From positions 11,665 through 75,664 of the forward strand of contig JAUXMZ010000069.1 in the NCBI GenBank assembly GCA_030683105.1: a stretch of DNA of 64,000 bases, in the 5' to 3' direction. A program made the position numbers and the translations under genes. Source of the DNA: Burkholderiales bacterium (GTDB lineage Bacteria > Pseudomonadota > Gammaproteobacteria > Burkholderiales > SG8-41). The notes below the pieces were generated by a model that saw only the letters and a program-made list of their open reading frames with translations, did not search any database and had not been told where the DNA came from. This document shows positions 10,074 through 20,737 of this stretch, in pieces; positions within the stretch are counted from its first letter, which is position 1; every line of letters starts with the position of its first letter.

Positions 10074-10700
10074 TTAAGAATTCTGGAGCAGGATCCCCTC
10101 AATGATGTTGGCTACGTCTTCGCATTTATCGGTCACCGATTCCATGGTCTGATAGACCGCGCGCAGCTTGATCAACTGACGCACATCCGGTTCGTCACGA
10201 AACAGTTTGGCCATCGCCGCCCGCATCACGTGATCGGCTTCCGACTCGAGCCGGTCGATGTCCTCGCAGATCTTCATGATGGTGGAGGCGTTTTTCATGT
10301 TCGACAGCAGGTTTACCGCCGTCTGGACCTTCTCTCCGCATTCGACACAGATGTCGGCGAGCTTTTTCTCCTCGGCCGTAACGACCCGAAGGTCATAAAT
10401 GAAGATCAACTGCGCCGCATCCTCGAGCAGATCCAGGATGTCGTCCATCTTGGTGATCAGCCGGTGGATGTCATCCCGGTCTATCGGGGTAATGAACGTT
10501 GTATGCAACAACGAGATCGTGGCCTGAGCGATCTTGTCGGCACGTTTCTCGATTGACTCGATGTTGTAGGCATGGCGTTCGGGATCCCCGCCGCTTGAGA
10601 TCATTGCCACGAGTTCGCGGCTGCCCAGCACGATCTGTTCGGCATGTTCATTGAATAAATCGAAAAACCGGCCTTCCCGTGGCATCAAGCGACCAAACAT
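10074..10700 (-). CDS. DUF47 phosphate transport regulator (PhoU-like)
   Basis: TFITPIDRDDI, DKCEDVA motifs; adjacent to PiT. Confidence 0.9.
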   Translation of the reverse strand: MFGRLMPREGRFFDLFNEHAEQIVLGSRELVAMISSGGDPERHAYNIESIEKRADKIAQATISLLHTTFITPIDRDDIHRLITKMDDILDLLEDAAQLIFIYDLRVVTAEEKKLADICVECGEKVQTAVNLLSNMKNASTIMKICEDIDRLESEADHVMRAAMAKLFRDEPDVRQLIKLRAVYQTMESVTDKCEDVANIIEGILLQNS

Positions 10701-10887
10701 TTTGTCCTCTCAGAAAAAGGCAGGGGTAATTTCTGGTGCACTATACGCTCCTGATCCGGCGGGAACTAGCGCGACAATCAATCATTGGGTCATATCTTGA
10801 TATTGATTTTCGATTTTAGACTGTTTCATGCTCAACGCATAATATCCGACCGCGGTATACTCACGTTTTTCCTGTGATCATCTGAGT

Positions 10888-11835
10888 TTGGCTCAAAATA
10901 TATCCGGCCAGCGCTGGCTTGACCCCGTCCTCGCCTGGTATTTCGTCAGCGTCTGGGGTTCGGGATTCATCGCGACCAAAATTGGTCTGCTGCATGCCGC
11001 ACCCTTCACGTTTCTCACGCTCAGGTTCGCATTCGGCATCCTGTGCCTGATACCCATCATCATCATTTACCGGCCCCGCTGGCCCGGCTCACAGGCGGAA
11101 TTCGGCCATGTTGTGGCCGCCGGGCTCTTGATGCATGTAGTACATCTGGGCGGCAGCCATTACACGCAGTATCTCGGCATGTCCGCCGGCATCACCGCGT
11201 TGCTGCTTTCGGCGCAGCCGCTGCTGACCGCATTTATCGCCGCGCGCTGGATGGGAGAGCTGCTTGTGCCCCGGCAGTGGCTGGGAATTCTGATCGGCCT
11301 GGCCGGGGTTACGCTGGTTGTCTGGCACAAGGTGGACATCCACGAGGCGACAGCCGGCAGCCTGATTGCCGTGACGATTTCGCTTGCAGGCGTAACCGCC
11401 GGCACGCTCTATCAACGCACGTTCTGCCCCATGGTGGATCTGCGCTCGGCATCGTTGATACAATTCATTGCAGCCATTGCCGTTCTCGCACCGCTCGCTT
11501 TCATAGTCGAGGACGTGAGTGTGGACTGGTCATGGGCGCTTGCCGGATCCATCGTATTTCTCGTGATCGGAGCGTCAATATTCGCAGTGAGTGCGCTGCA
11601 TACGCTGATGCGCCGCGGCCAGGCGACGCGGGTAACCAGCCTTCTTTACCTCACACCGATATTCGCCGTGCTGCTTGAGCTCATGTTGTTCGGGGTGGTG
11701 CCGACCGCCACAAGCATAGTCGGTATCGTCGTGACCTGTTTCGGGGTTGCGATGGTTGCGTGGAATACCTCCCGCTCCGCGCCTTGCCGTGCACAAAAAA
11801 AACGGCCAGCGCCTTTCAACGCGGGCCGCTCTTGA
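10888..11835 (+). CDS. DMT/EamA family transporter
   Basis: About 10 hydrophobic segments, WGSGFIATK, RVTSLLYLTP. Confidence 0.87.
   Translation: MAQNISGQRWLDPVLAWYFVSVWGSGFIATKIGLLHAAPFTFLTLRFAFGILCLIPIIIIYRPRWPGSQAEFGHVVAAGLLMHVVHLGGSHYTQYLGMSAGITALLLSAQPLLTAFIAARWMGELLVPRQWLGILIGLAGVTLVVWHKVDIHEATAGSLIAVTISLAGVTAGTLYQRTFCPMVDLRSASLIQFIAAIAVLAPLAFIVEDVSVDWSWALAGSIVFLVIGASIFAVSALHTLMRRGQATRVTSLLYLTPIFAVLLELMLFGVVPTATSIVGIVVTCFGVAMVAWNTSRSAPCRAQKKRPAPFNAGRS
11795..11829 (-). terminator. Possible intrinsic terminator of the SWIB gene
   Basis: Imperfect GC stem cggccagcg...cgcgggccg next to an A-run (U-tract on minus strand). Confidence 0.4.
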
Positions 11836-11847
11836 GGTATAAAAATA

Positions 11848-12159
11848 CTAGCTCAGGTGCTTACTGACCAATTTGGTCATCTCGAACATCGACACTTGCT
11901 TCTTACCGCCGAAAATCGGTTTCAGTTTGTCGTCGGCATTAATGTTGCGGCGGTTCTTCGCATCTTGCAGACCGTGTTTCTTGATGTAGGCCCAGATTTT
12001 TTTGGTGACTTCCGTACGCGGCATGGGATTATTCCCTATGACCGCACCCAGATCGGCGCTCACTTTCATTGGTTTCATGAACGCAGCGTTGGGCTTACGC
12101 TTTACGGCGCTCTTCTTTTTTGCAGCAGGTTTCTTGGTGGTCTTTTTCTTCACAGCCAT
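11848..12159 (-). CDS. Stand-alone SWIB/MDM2 domain protein with Lys-rich N-terminus
   Basis: RTEVTKKIWAYIKKHGLQD...INADDKL...VSMFEM; ggaga RBS before MAVKKK. Confidence 0.9.
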   Translation of the reverse strand: MAVKKKTTKKPAAKKKSAVKRKPNAAFMKPMKVSADLGAVIGNNPMPRTEVTKKIWAYIKKHGLQDAKNRRNINADDKLKPIFGGKKQVSMFEMTKLVSKHLS

Positions 12160-12749
12160 TGAATATCTCCCGTTAGTGATGTGATGAACAGTTATGGATG
12201 CGCGGTCGGTTTTCCTTGCCATATCGGATGGCACGGTGACAAGAGGATGCCGAGGAGAAACACTCTTGTCAATCTCTTTCATCATCCCGGTCTCCCGGTA
12301 TTTTGGCTCACCGCCCCTCTGCGAAAGCGCTCCATCAGCACTTCGAGTCCGGATTGTCCGTCCGGTCACCGACGATGCACAGCACCTGCAGTACGAAATG
12401 GCGCAACTTGAGTGGCGACCGCTGCAAACTGCCCGCGCACAAGAGCAACAGAAAATCAAAGGGCTAGTCGCTATAGTTGAGGCGAAGACCGGCTTCCCTA
12501 TCTTGCCCAATGCCAGGGTTGACCCCGTATCCTGCTGCGAAGACCAGCACCGCAATTATTACGCTCGCGCGCACGAAGCCCGGCGCGGCCGGATCGTTGC
12601 AAAATTACCACTGGATTTCCTGGGGAAGGCAGTTATCGGTAACCGCGGCCGCGTGCCAGGGTGGGGTCGTCTGTGTCCGGGCCGTCCATTCCGTTGACTG
12701 CCCGGCATGTTTCAGGCTTGGCGCCCGGCGCAGGATTACCGGACGGGCT

Positions 12750-13310
12750 CTAAACAGTCTTCTTTACCTTGGCCGCGAAGCTTTTGCGAAATTTCAGTAT
12801 TTTGGTTGCCACCACGGCGCGACAGTACGGCTGATACGGATTGCGATCGAAGTACTCCTGGTGATAATCCTCGGCCACGTAGAACGCAGACGCAGGCGTG
12901 ACCTCGGTCACAACCGGATCTTTCCATTGCCCGGCGAGATCGGTAATCACCTGCCCGGCAACCGCCTGTTGCTCCGGTGTATGGTAGAAAATAGCGGATC
13001 GATACTGCGTTCCAACGTCGTTCCCCTGGAAATTCAGCGTAGTCGGATCGTGGATTACGAAAAACACCTCGAGGATTTCACGGAACGTGATTACGCTCTG
13101 ATTGAACGTGATCTGCACGACTTCTGCGTGGCCCGACTCGCCACCGCATACCTGTTCGTATGTGGGATGGGCGTTCTTCCCCCCCATGTAGCCCGATTCG
13201 ACCGACTCGACGCCGTTCAACTCGTCGAATACAGCCTCCAAGCACCAAAAACAGCCTCCGCCCAGCGTCGCGATTTCCCGGCCGTCCTGTGCGCTATCGG
13301 TTTGTTGCAT
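12750..13310 (-). CDS. msrA: Peptide-methionine (S)-S-oxide reductase, cytoplasmic
   Basis: GGCFWC, GHAE, QYRSAIF, AEDYHQ. Confidence 0.95.
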   Translation of the reverse strand: MQQTDSAQDGREIATLGGGCFWCLEAVFDELNGVESVESGYMGGKNAHPTYEQVCGGESGHAEVVQITFNQSVITFREILEVFFVIHDPTTLNFQGNDVGTQYRSAIFYHTPEQQAVAGQVITDLAGQWKDPVVTEVTPASAFYVAEDYHQEYFDRNPYQPYCRAVVATKILKFRKSFAAKVKKTV

Positions 13311-13575
13311 GACATTTATCCTCGGTGAATACTAACAGTCCGGTTTGTCAGTCTGCGCCAACGCGCCCTCCAATGCCGCATATTGGACATATTGGTCGCA
13401 AATTCCTCCGCTGGGTTTATCGGCGTTTTGGAGCGCGAATTATCCGCTATACTGAATCAAGTTGCATCCGGTCAACAACCTCTCAAGCATCCCCGTATGT
13501 AAGTTTCCCCGGAGAACTGCGACCAAGTGGTCGTCAGGGCAGGTTTAGCCCCTGATCTACCAAGGAGATAAAGCG

Positions 13576-14208
13576 ATGCCTACCATCCGCGTCTTGTTGA
13601 TGTATCTTGTGTCGGGCACGTTGTGCCTTGCATTAACCGCACAGGCCCAGACGCCAAACCCGGCATCGGGCAGTGCTGCAAGCGCCAAAGCAATCTTCGC
13701 CGGCGGCTGCTTCTGGTGCGTGGAGGAAGCCTACGACAAAGTGCCCGGGGTCATTTCCACCACGTCCGGATACGTTGGCGGACAAACCAAGAATCCGACT
13801 TATGAGCAAGTCTCGACGGGACGCACCGGTCACGCGGAAGCGGTGCAGGTCGTATACGACCCCGTCAAGGTGAGTTACGAGAAACTGCTCGATGTGTTCT
13901 GGCGCAATATCGATCCTACGCAGCGCGATGCGCAATTTTGCGACCATGGTTCGCCGTACCGCTCCGGCATTTTCTACATCGACGAAACGCAAATGAAGCT
14001 CGCGGTGACGTCAAAGACGGCGCTCGTGAAATCAAAACCGTTCAAGGGCGAGATCGTCACCGAGATCACGAAAGCGACCGAGTTTTACCCCGCTGAAGAC
14101 TATCACCAGGGCTACCACCAGAAGAACCCGATACGCTACAAGTTCTACAAGACTGGATGCGGCCGTGAAGCCCGGCTCAAGGAGTTGTGGGGCAACCCCA
14201 GGGATTAG
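13576..14208 (+). CDS. msrA: Peptide-methionine (S)-S-oxide reductase with signal peptide (exported)
   Basis: N-terminal hydrophobic leader ending AQA; GGCFWC, GHAE, AEDYHQ. Confidence 0.92.
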   Translation: MPTIRVLLMYLVSGTLCLALTAQAQTPNPASGSAASAKAIFAGGCFWCVEEAYDKVPGVISTTSGYVGGQTKNPTYEQVSTGRTGHAEAVQVVYDPVKVSYEKLLDVFWRNIDPTQRDAQFCDHGSPYRSGIFYIDETQMKLAVTSKTALVKSKPFKGEIVTEITKATEFYPAEDYHQGYHQKNPIRYKFYKTGCGREARLKELWGNPRD

Positions 14209-14228
14209 CACCGCCCTCCGACTCTCCC

Positions 14229-15347
14229 GTGAAGCGCTTATTGCTGCTCGGTGGCGGCCACAGCCACGTCGAGGTGATACGCCGGCTCGGCCTGCAGCCT
14301 CCGCGCGATACCCGGATCGTTCTGGCCAGCCCGGATCGTTACACGCCTTATTCCGGCATGCTGCCGGGATTCGTTGCGGGACACTACGATTTTCATGGCT
14401 GCCATATCGATCTTGAACGGCTGTGCAAGACTGCCGGCGTGGAATTTCGCGAATGCCATGCCGTGGGTATAGACCCTGCAGCAAATCGCGTGGACTGCAG
14501 CGATGGCAGCGCGCTCGATTTCGACGTGCTGTCGATCAATATCGGTTCCACCCCCGCAGCACACGACGTTCCCGGCGCTCTGGACCATGCGATCCGCGTT
14601 AAACCGGTTTCGACTTTCATCAACACATGGAACAGCATACTCGAAGCGGGTAAACACGACGGCGCGCCACTGCGCATCGCAGTGGTGGGTGGCGGGGCCG
14701 GCGGCATGGAACTGGCCCTGGCCATGCACTTTCGCATGCTTGCCGGTAACCGGACAGCCGCCATCCATTTATTCACCGACACGCCGACCATATTACCCAG
14801 CCATTCCTCGGGAGTGCGGCGCATATTCGAACGCGTCCTCGAAAAACGCGGCATCGCAGTCCATCCCCGCAGCAAAATCATCAAGATCGAACGTGGCGTA
14901 TTGTTTCCTGAGTCGGGCGAGCCTTTTCACGCCGAGCACATAGTCTGGGCGACAGCAGCGAGCGCCCCCGGATGGATAGCCGCGAGCGGCATCCAGACTG
15001 ACGAGCGCGGATTTGTCGCCGTCAACGACGCCCTGCAGTCACTGTCGCATCCCCGCATCTTCGCCGCGGGGGATATTGCCGGAATGGTAAATCATCCGCG
15101 CCCGAAATCGGGCGTTTATGCCGTGCGCCAGGGGCCGCCGCTGGCTGAAAATCTGCAGAGGGCGCTTTCCGGAAAACCGCTGATTGCATACACACCACAG
15201 AAAATCGCGCTTGCGCTGATCAGCACCGGCGACAAATACGCAGTGGCCGTTTATGGCGTGATCGTGCTGGAAGGAAAATGGGTGTGGCGCTGGAAAGACT
15301 ACATCGATCGTCGTTTTGTGGCGGCGTATCGAGCCGATGCTCGCTGA
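14229..15347 (+). CDS. FAD-dependent pyridine nucleotide-disulfide oxidoreductase (SelD N-terminal-like)
   Basis: LLGGGHSH, YSGMLPG, GGGAGG, PKSGVYAVRQG, WRWKDYIDRRF; GTG start inferred. Confidence 0.85.
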   Translation: MKRLLLLGGGHSHVEVIRRLGLQPPRDTRIVLASPDRYTPYSGMLPGFVAGHYDFHGCHIDLERLCKTAGVEFRECHAVGIDPAANRVDCSDGSALDFDVLSINIGSTPAAHDVPGALDHAIRVKPVSTFINTWNSILEAGKHDGAPLRIAVVGGGAGGMELALAMHFRMLAGNRTAAIHLFTDTPTILPSHSSGVRRIFERVLEKRGIAVHPRSKIIKIERGVLFPESGEPFHAEHIVWATAASAPGWIAASGIQTDERGFVAVNDALQSLSHPRIFAAGDIAGMVNHPRPKSGVYAVRQGPPLAENLQRALSGKPLIAYTPQKIALALISTGDKYAVAVYGVIVLEGKWVWRWKDYIDRRFVAAYRADAR

Positions 15348-15372
15348 GGGGAAAAACCTCACCCCTGCATAA

Positions 15373-16572
15373 TCAGGCGATGGTCACCCGCGCGAATTTG
15401 CGCTTGCCCACCTGCAGCACAAACGGTCCGCCCTTGCCCAATACCAGCGTCCGGTCACCAAGTTTGACGCCGTCGAGCTTGACCCCGCCTTGTTCGATCA
15501 TGCGCAGCGCCTCGGATGTGCTGGCGGTCAAACCCGCCTGTTTGAGCACCTGCGCAATGGCGAGGCCATCGCCATCGGGGCTCAGGCTGACTTCGGGAAT
15601 ATTCTCGGGCACCTCGCCCTGCCGAAAACGCGCCTCGAAATCGGCCAGCGCCGCCAGCGCCGCTGCCTTGCTGTGAAAACGAGTGACGATTTCCTGCGCA
15701 AACGCGACCTTGATGTCACGGGGGTTGCGACCCTGGGCAACCTCCTGACGCCATGTGCGTATGGTTTCCAGGGTTTCAAACGACAGCAGTTCGATATAAC
15801 GCCACATCAGCGTGTCCGAAATCGACATCAGTTTGCCGAACATATCATTGGGCGGCTCATTGATACCGACATAATTGCCCAGTGATTTTGACATTTTGCC
15901 GATACCGTCCAGTCCCTCCAGCAGCGGCATGGTGAGTATGCACTGGGGCGGCTGGCCAAAATGTTTTTGCAGCTCCCGCCCCATCAGCAGATTGAATTTC
16001 TGGTCGGTGCCTCCCAGTTCGATGTCGCTTTTCAGCGCCACCGAATCGTAGCCCTGCACCAGGGGATAGAGAAACTCGTGGATCGCGATCGGCTGGTTTC
16101 CCTTATAGCGTTTGCTGAAGTCGTCGCGCTCGAGCATGCGTGCCACGGTATGAGTGGCCGCAAGCCGGATGGTGTCCGCGGCACTCATCTTGTCCATCCA
16201 GGACGAGTTGAACACGACCTCGGTTTTGTCGCGGTCCAGTATCTTGAACACCTGCTCGGTATAGGTGAGCGCGTTTTTTGCCACTTCTACGCTGGTGAGC
16301 GGCGGCCGCGTCACGTTCTTGCCGGTAGGATCGCCGATCATGCCGGTGAAATCGCCAATCAGGAACAAGACATGATGGCCGAGATCCTGGAACTGTCTGA
16401 GCTTATTGATCAGGACCGTATGTCCGAGATGCAGATCCGGGGCCGTAGGATCAAAACCGGCCTTCACACGCTGCGGCCGCCCCGTTTTGAGTCTGTCCCT
16501 GAGTTCTGTTTCAATCAGCAGTTCGTCGCAACCGCGCTTGATAATCGCGAGTTGAGCGTCTAGCGATGCCAT
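15373..16572 (-). CDS. tyrS: Tyrosine--tRNA ligase
   Basis: [13 protein letters not shown] (HIGH), KMSKS, C-terminal S4-like domain. Confidence 0.97.
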   Translation of the reverse strand: MASLDAQLAIIKRGCDELLIETELRDRLKTGRPQRVKAGFDPTAPDLHLGHTVLINKLRQFQDLGHHVLFLIGDFTGMIGDPTGKNVTRPPLTSVEVAKNALTYTEQVFKILDRDKTEVVFNSSWMDKMSAADTIRLAATHTVARMLERDDFSKRYKGNQPIAIHEFLYPLVQGYDSVALKSDIELGGTDQKFNLLMGRELQKHFGQPPQCILTMPLLEGLDGIGKMSKSLGNYVGINEPPNDMFGKLMSISDTLMWRYIELLSFETLETIRTWRQEVAQGRNPRDIKVAFAQEIVTRFHSKAAALAALADFEARFRQGEVPENIPEVSLSPDGDGLAIAQVLKQAGLTASTSEALRMIEQGGVKLDGVKLGDRTLVLGKGGPFVLQVGKRKFARVTIA

Positions 16573-16665
16573 GTTTTTATCTGTTTCACAATGTGAAATA
16601 TTGCAGTTTGTCATCGAGGAGGTTTCTGCTAAGCTTGCCCCGTTAAGAAATAACTCAGGGAAATC

Positions 16666-17982
16666 ATGCATCAAGCCCAAAGTGCGATTCTAGCGCAAAA
16701 CCTGTTGCGGCTGGCCTTCACCAAAAAACTTGTCCGGCTGATCGCCGCCGCGGTACTGCCTTTTGTCGGGGTGGTCGCTGCCTTCGGCATTGCGCCCGAT
16801 ACCATCATTGAGCAACCGGCGGTCGTTCAGGTTATCGAACAGGTCACGCTGCCGGTTTTTGCTGCCCACAACAACCCCGAAGAGGCATTCTGGCGCGAAG
16901 AGCCTATTCAGCGCGGCGACACCGTGGCCAGCTTGCTTGCGCGTCTGCAGGTCGATGATCCCGTGGCCATCAAAAGCGTGCGCGGCTCGCGGGAGGCCAA
17001 GGCACTTTACCAACTGATGCCGGGACGCTCCCTCCGCGTCAAGACCACCGCCGACGGCAAGCTCCTCTCGCTGCGCTACCTCAACGGCAACAACCTGTTT
17101 TCCGCTGAGCGTGATGAGAACGGCTATGCGGTCAGCGAACAGCCGGTACAACTCGAACAGCGCACACAGATGGCCTCGGGAACGATCAGAAGTTCGCTGT
17201 TCGCCGCCACCGACGCCGCCAATCTTTCCGACGCGGTCGCAATCCAGATTGCCGACATTTTTTCCACTGATATCGATTTTCACAAAGATTTGCGCAAAGG
17301 CGACCGCTTTACCGTCGTCTATGAAGTGTTCTACCACCTCGGGGACACGGTCAGAACCGGGCGGGTGCTGGCTGCGGAATTTATCAATCAAGGCAAAAGC
17401 TACCAGGCGCTCCATTTCCAGAATGCGGAAGGCAATGGCGGTTATTACACACTCGAGGGGAAAAATATCCGCAAAGCCTTTCTCCGCTCGCCGATAGAAT
17501 TTTCTCGCATCAGCTCGGGTTTCTCCAACGCCCGCTATCACCCGGTTCTGAAGGAGTGGCGCGCGCATAAGGGCGTAGATTATGCCGCGCCCACTGGCAC
17601 CCGCGTCAGAGTCACGGCTGACGGCGTGGTTGAATTTGCCGGAAGGCGGGGCGGCTATGGCAATCTTGTAGCAGTGCGGCATCAGTCCAAATTCACCACC
17701 TGGTACGGCCATCTGTCGGGCTTTGCCAAGGGCCTGCGCAAGGGCAGCCGCGTCAGTCAGAGCGATGTCATCGGATACGTCGGCGCAACCGGCCTGGCGA
17801 CGGGCCCCCATCTGCATTATGAATTTCGCATCAATGACGTGCATCAGAATCCGCTGCGCGTGGTAATGCCCACGGCACCGCCGATAACGGCGGATCAGAA
17901 GCCCGCGTTCGATGCCGTAGCACAGCCCATGGCCCAACGCCTTGCCCTGCTGCGCGGGATCAATACAGCGCGCCTGGACTAG
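16666..17982 (+). CDS. M23 family peptidoglycan DD-metalloendopeptidase
   Basis: HKGVDYAAP and GPHLHYE motifs; between tyrS and anmK. Confidence 0.92.
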   Translation: MHQAQSAILAQNLLRLAFTKKLVRLIAAAVLPFVGVVAAFGIAPDTIIEQPAVVQVIEQVTLPVFAAHNNPEEAFWREEPIQRGDTVASLLARLQVDDPVAIKSVRGSREAKALYQLMPGRSLRVKTTADGKLLSLRYLNGNNLFSAERDENGYAVSEQPVQLEQRTQMASGTIRSSLFAATDAANLSDAVAIQIADIFSTDIDFHKDLRKGDRFTVVYEVFYHLGDTVRTGRVLAAEFINQGKSYQALHFQNAEGNGGYYTLEGKNIRKAFLRSPIEFSRISSGFSNARYHPVLKEWRAHKGVDYAAPTGTRVRVTADGVVEFAGRRGGYGNLVAVRHQSKFTTWYGHLSGFAKGLRKGSRVSQSDVIGYVGATGLATGPHLHYEFRINDVHQNPLRVVMPTAPPITADQKPAFDAVAQPMAQRLALLRGINTARLD

Positions 17983-17991
17983 TTCTGCCCC

Positions 17992-19083
17992 ATGCCCGAA
18001 CTCTATGTCGGGTTGATGTCCGGCACCAGCCTCGACGGGATTGATGCCGCACTTGCTGAGTTGAGCGGCGGGAAGATGCGCCTGCTGCACAGCCACTACC
18101 AGCCCCTCCAGCCGCAATTGCGCGAAAATCTGCTGGCGCTCCAGGACGAGGCGCGAGATGAGTTGCGCCGCGCCGCACTGGCAGCCAACCAGCTCTCGCA
18201 TGCCTACGCGGCGGCAATCCGGACATTGCTCGCCCAGGCGGAAATTCCGCCGGACAAGATCACCGCGATCGGCTGTCACGGGCAGACCGTGCGTCACCAG
18301 CCCGCTTCGGGTTATACCGTGCAACTGGTAAATGGCGCATTACTCGCGGAACTCTCCGGGATTACTGTCGTGTGTGATTTTCGCAGCCGCGATATTGCCG
18401 CCGGCGGTCAGGGTGCGCCGCTGGTCCCCGCTTTCCATCATGAGCTTTTCCACGACGCAAGCCGCCACCGGGTCATCGTCAATATCGGCGGTATCGCGAA
18501 CGTGACCAATTTGTCGCCGGACGGCATAGTTACCGGCTTCGACTGCGGACCCGGCAACCTGCTGCTGGATGCCTGGATCATGGACAATCAGGGAAAGTCC
18601 TTCGACCAGAACGGCATGTGGGCGGCCCAGGGCACGATCCTGCCCGAGTTGCTCGAAGCACTGCTGGCCCACGACTTTTTCAGGCTTCCGCCACCGAAAA
18701 GCACCGGGCGTGAAACCTTCAATCTCGCGTGGCTCAAGCGCACCTGCTCCGGCACCGAAGCTGCCATCGACGTTCAGGCGACGTTGCTTGAGCTGACCGC
18801 AGCCAGCATTTCGCGGGCCATCGCCGCTCATTGCCACGGCGCGGCCGAGATCTTTGTGTGTGGCGGCGGGGCACGCAATCAGGCACTGGTCAGCCGGTTA
18901 CAAGAGCTGTTACCGGGCACAAAGGTTGATGTCACCGATGTGATGGGCGTCGATGCGGAATGGCTGGAAGCACTGGCGTTTGCCTGGCTCGCGCACCAGA
19001 CGATGAATGGCAAACCCGGCAATCTGCCGGCCGCAACCGGCGCCAGGGGCCCACGGGTGCTGGGCGCAATCTACCCGTCGTAA
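17992..19083 (+). CDS. anmK: Anhydro-N-acetylmuramic acid kinase
   Basis: GLMSGTSLDG, HGQTVRH, GGQGAPL, PPKSTGRE. Confidence 0.96.
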   Translation: MPELYVGLMSGTSLDGIDAALAELSGGKMRLLHSHYQPLQPQLRENLLALQDEARDELRRAALAANQLSHAYAAAIRTLLAQAEIPPDKITAIGCHGQTVRHQPASGYTVQLVNGALLAELSGITVVCDFRSRDIAAGGQGAPLVPAFHHELFHDASRHRVIVNIGGIANVTNLSPDGIVTGFDCGPGNLLLDAWIMDNQGKSFDQNGMWAAQGTILPELLEALLAHDFFRLPPPKSTGRETFNLAWLKRTCSGTEAAIDVQATLLELTAASISRAIAAHCHGAAEIFVCGGGARNQALVSRLQELLPGTKVDVTDVMGVDAEWLEALAFAWLAHQTMNGKPGNLPAATGARGPRVLGAIYPS

Positions 19084-19084
19084 G

Positions 19085-19115
19085 AAAAAAAACGGGAGCC
19101 AGGGCTCCCGTCTTT
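19085..19115. terminator. Intrinsic terminator between convergent anmK and erpA
   Basis: A-run + acgggagcc-ag-ggctcccgt stem + ctttc. Confidence 0.75.
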
Positions 19116-19131
19116 CCAGCATAAATCGCGA

Positions 19132-19482
19132 TTAAGAAGAGAACGAAGAGCCGCAGCCGCAGGTGGACGTTGCGTTCGGATTCTTGATCACGAACTGCGC
19201 GCCTTCAATGCCTTCCTGGTAGTCGATTTCAGCACCCGACAGATACTGCAGGCTCATCGGGTCGATCAGCAGCGTAACGCCACTCTTTTGCATCGCAGTG
19301 TCGTCTTCATTGGTGATTTCGTCGAACGTAAATCCATATTGAAATCCTGAGCAGCCGCCACCGGTCACGAACACGCGCAACTTGAGCTCGGTATTGCCTT
19401 CCTCATTGATCAACTGTTTCACTTTGTTCGCCGCGTTGTCCGTGAACACCAGCGGATCCGGCATTTCAGTCACTGCATTCAT
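19132..19482 (-). CDS. erpA: Iron-sulfur cluster insertion protein
   Basis: [16 protein letters not shown]. Confidence 0.95.
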   Translation of the reverse strand: MNAVTEMPDPLVFTDNAANKVKQLINEEGNTELKLRVFVTGGGCSGFQYGFTFDEITNEDDTAMQKSGVTLLIDPMSLQYLSGAEIDYQEGIEGAQFVIKNPNATSTCGCGSSFSS

Positions 19483-19561
19483 TTCATGCTCCTAATACAA
19501 AATATTCGATAGGGTATCCGGCTCAAGGATCCGGATCAGGCCCATTTCCTGTCATCAGCAC

Positions 19562-19969
19562 TCAATCCGCGGCAGCCGGTTTGAGCTTTACGATTTTTTC
19601 CGATTTGGCGTCTTCCTGGTAAACCAGCCGCCCCTGAACCACGGCTCCAAGCTGCATCTCCAGCGTCTTATAGTATACATCGCCTGTGACATTGGCTTTG
19701 GCCTGCAGTTCAACGTATTCGGCCGCATGCACCGGCCCTACGACAGTGCCATTAATAACCACGTGGGAGACGCGGATTTCGCCCTCTATTCGCGCCTGCT
19801 CCGACAGCACCACCGTGCCGGGCTTGGAATCGGCCGACAACACATTGCCGCGCACGTGCCCGTCAACGCGCAAACCACCGACGAAGGCAATATTTCCTTC
19901 AATAACGGTGCCGGTGCCTATCAGGCAGTCGATGCTGTTCTGCGGTTTGGTACTCTTGTTTCCAAACAT
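19562..19969 (-). CDS. Bactofilin (polymer-forming cytoskeletal protein)
   Basis: LIGTGTVIEGNI...GLRVDG beta-helix repeats. Confidence 0.88.
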   Translation of the reverse strand: MFGNKSTKPQNSIDCLIGTGTVIEGNIAFVGGLRVDGHVRGNVLSADSKPGTVVLSEQARIEGEIRVSHVVINGTVVGPVHAAEYVELQAKANVTGDVYYKTLEMQLGAVVQGRLVYQEDAKSEKIVKLKPAAAD

Positions 19970-19981
19970 GATGCTGTCTCC

Positions 19982-20731
19982 TCAGGATATATTCACTGAT
20001 TGCGTTAGTTTAGGCGCATTGCTGCCATTTTCAAAGACCCTGACCTGCATGCCCTTTACCACGGCGTCCGGGGCAATCTTGAAAGTGCCCTCAATCCGCT
20101 GAAAAAACTTGAAATTAAGCTGATATTCCTTGGCGCTCCGATCCTGCTCGAGCGGCAGCGTCAGAACCGCCTTACGGTCGCCCTGCTCTATATTCAGGAT
20201 AAACTGCAGGCTGCCCTGAAACTCTTTCAACCGCTGACCGGTCTGCACCAGCAGCAGCCGGTAACGGTATTCACCGGGCAGCGTATCCTGCTGTAAACGG
20301 AAGCGGTTGATGGTGACCGCGTCGTTCCGACCGCTTGCCGGCATCAACGACTGGAAAAACGCGAGATCTTCCTTGAGCGTCGCGTTCTCGTTCGCGAATG
20401 ATTTCACCTGCTTTTCGAGGTCGCCATAGGTTGCACGCTCAATCTGCATCTGGCGTTCCGCATTCGTCACCCTGGACCGCAGTTCGGCGATCTCGTTCTG
20501 CTGGCTGTTGATCTTTTCCATGAATTTTTCCAACGTGCGATCCGCTTCCCGCTGGCGGAACCCGGCAAAATCCATTCCGTAGTCATAGGTCGAAACGACA
20601 ATGCCGAATAAGAGGCCGCCGACTACGATGAGGCCCAGCCAGCGCAAGTACCACGGCACATGCGTGCGCACCATGACGCGTGGTGCCGAGATGCCAAACT
20701 TGCGCTGAATAAATTTCAGAAATTGCATCAA
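19982..20731 (-). CDS. Conserved membrane-anchored coiled-coil protein (DUF6776-like)
   Basis: TM segment, coiled coil, LKEDLAFF, FKFFQRIEG; typical position between argC and bactofilin. Confidence 0.7.
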   Translation of the reverse strand: MMQFLKFIQRKFGISAPRVMVRTHVPWYLRWLGLIVVGGLLFGIVVSTYDYGMDFAGFRQREADRTLEKFMEKINSQQNEIAELRSRVTNAERQMQIERATYGDLEKQVKSFANENATLKEDLAFFQSLMPASGRNDAVTINRFRLQQDTLPGEYRYRLLLVQTGQRLKEFQGSLQFILNIEQGDRKAVLTLPLEQDRSAKEYQLNFKFFQRIEGTFKIAPDAVVKGMQVRVFENGSNAPKLTQSVNIS

Positions 20732-20737
20732 CCCGGC

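Noticed and set aside
12160-12555. N-terminal extension of the SWIB ORF
   Set aside because: A good RBS precedes ATG 12159, and the extension has no protein-like features
14229-15347. Selenide, water dikinase SelD call
   Set aside because: Only the oxidoreductase domain is present; no SelD kinase domain
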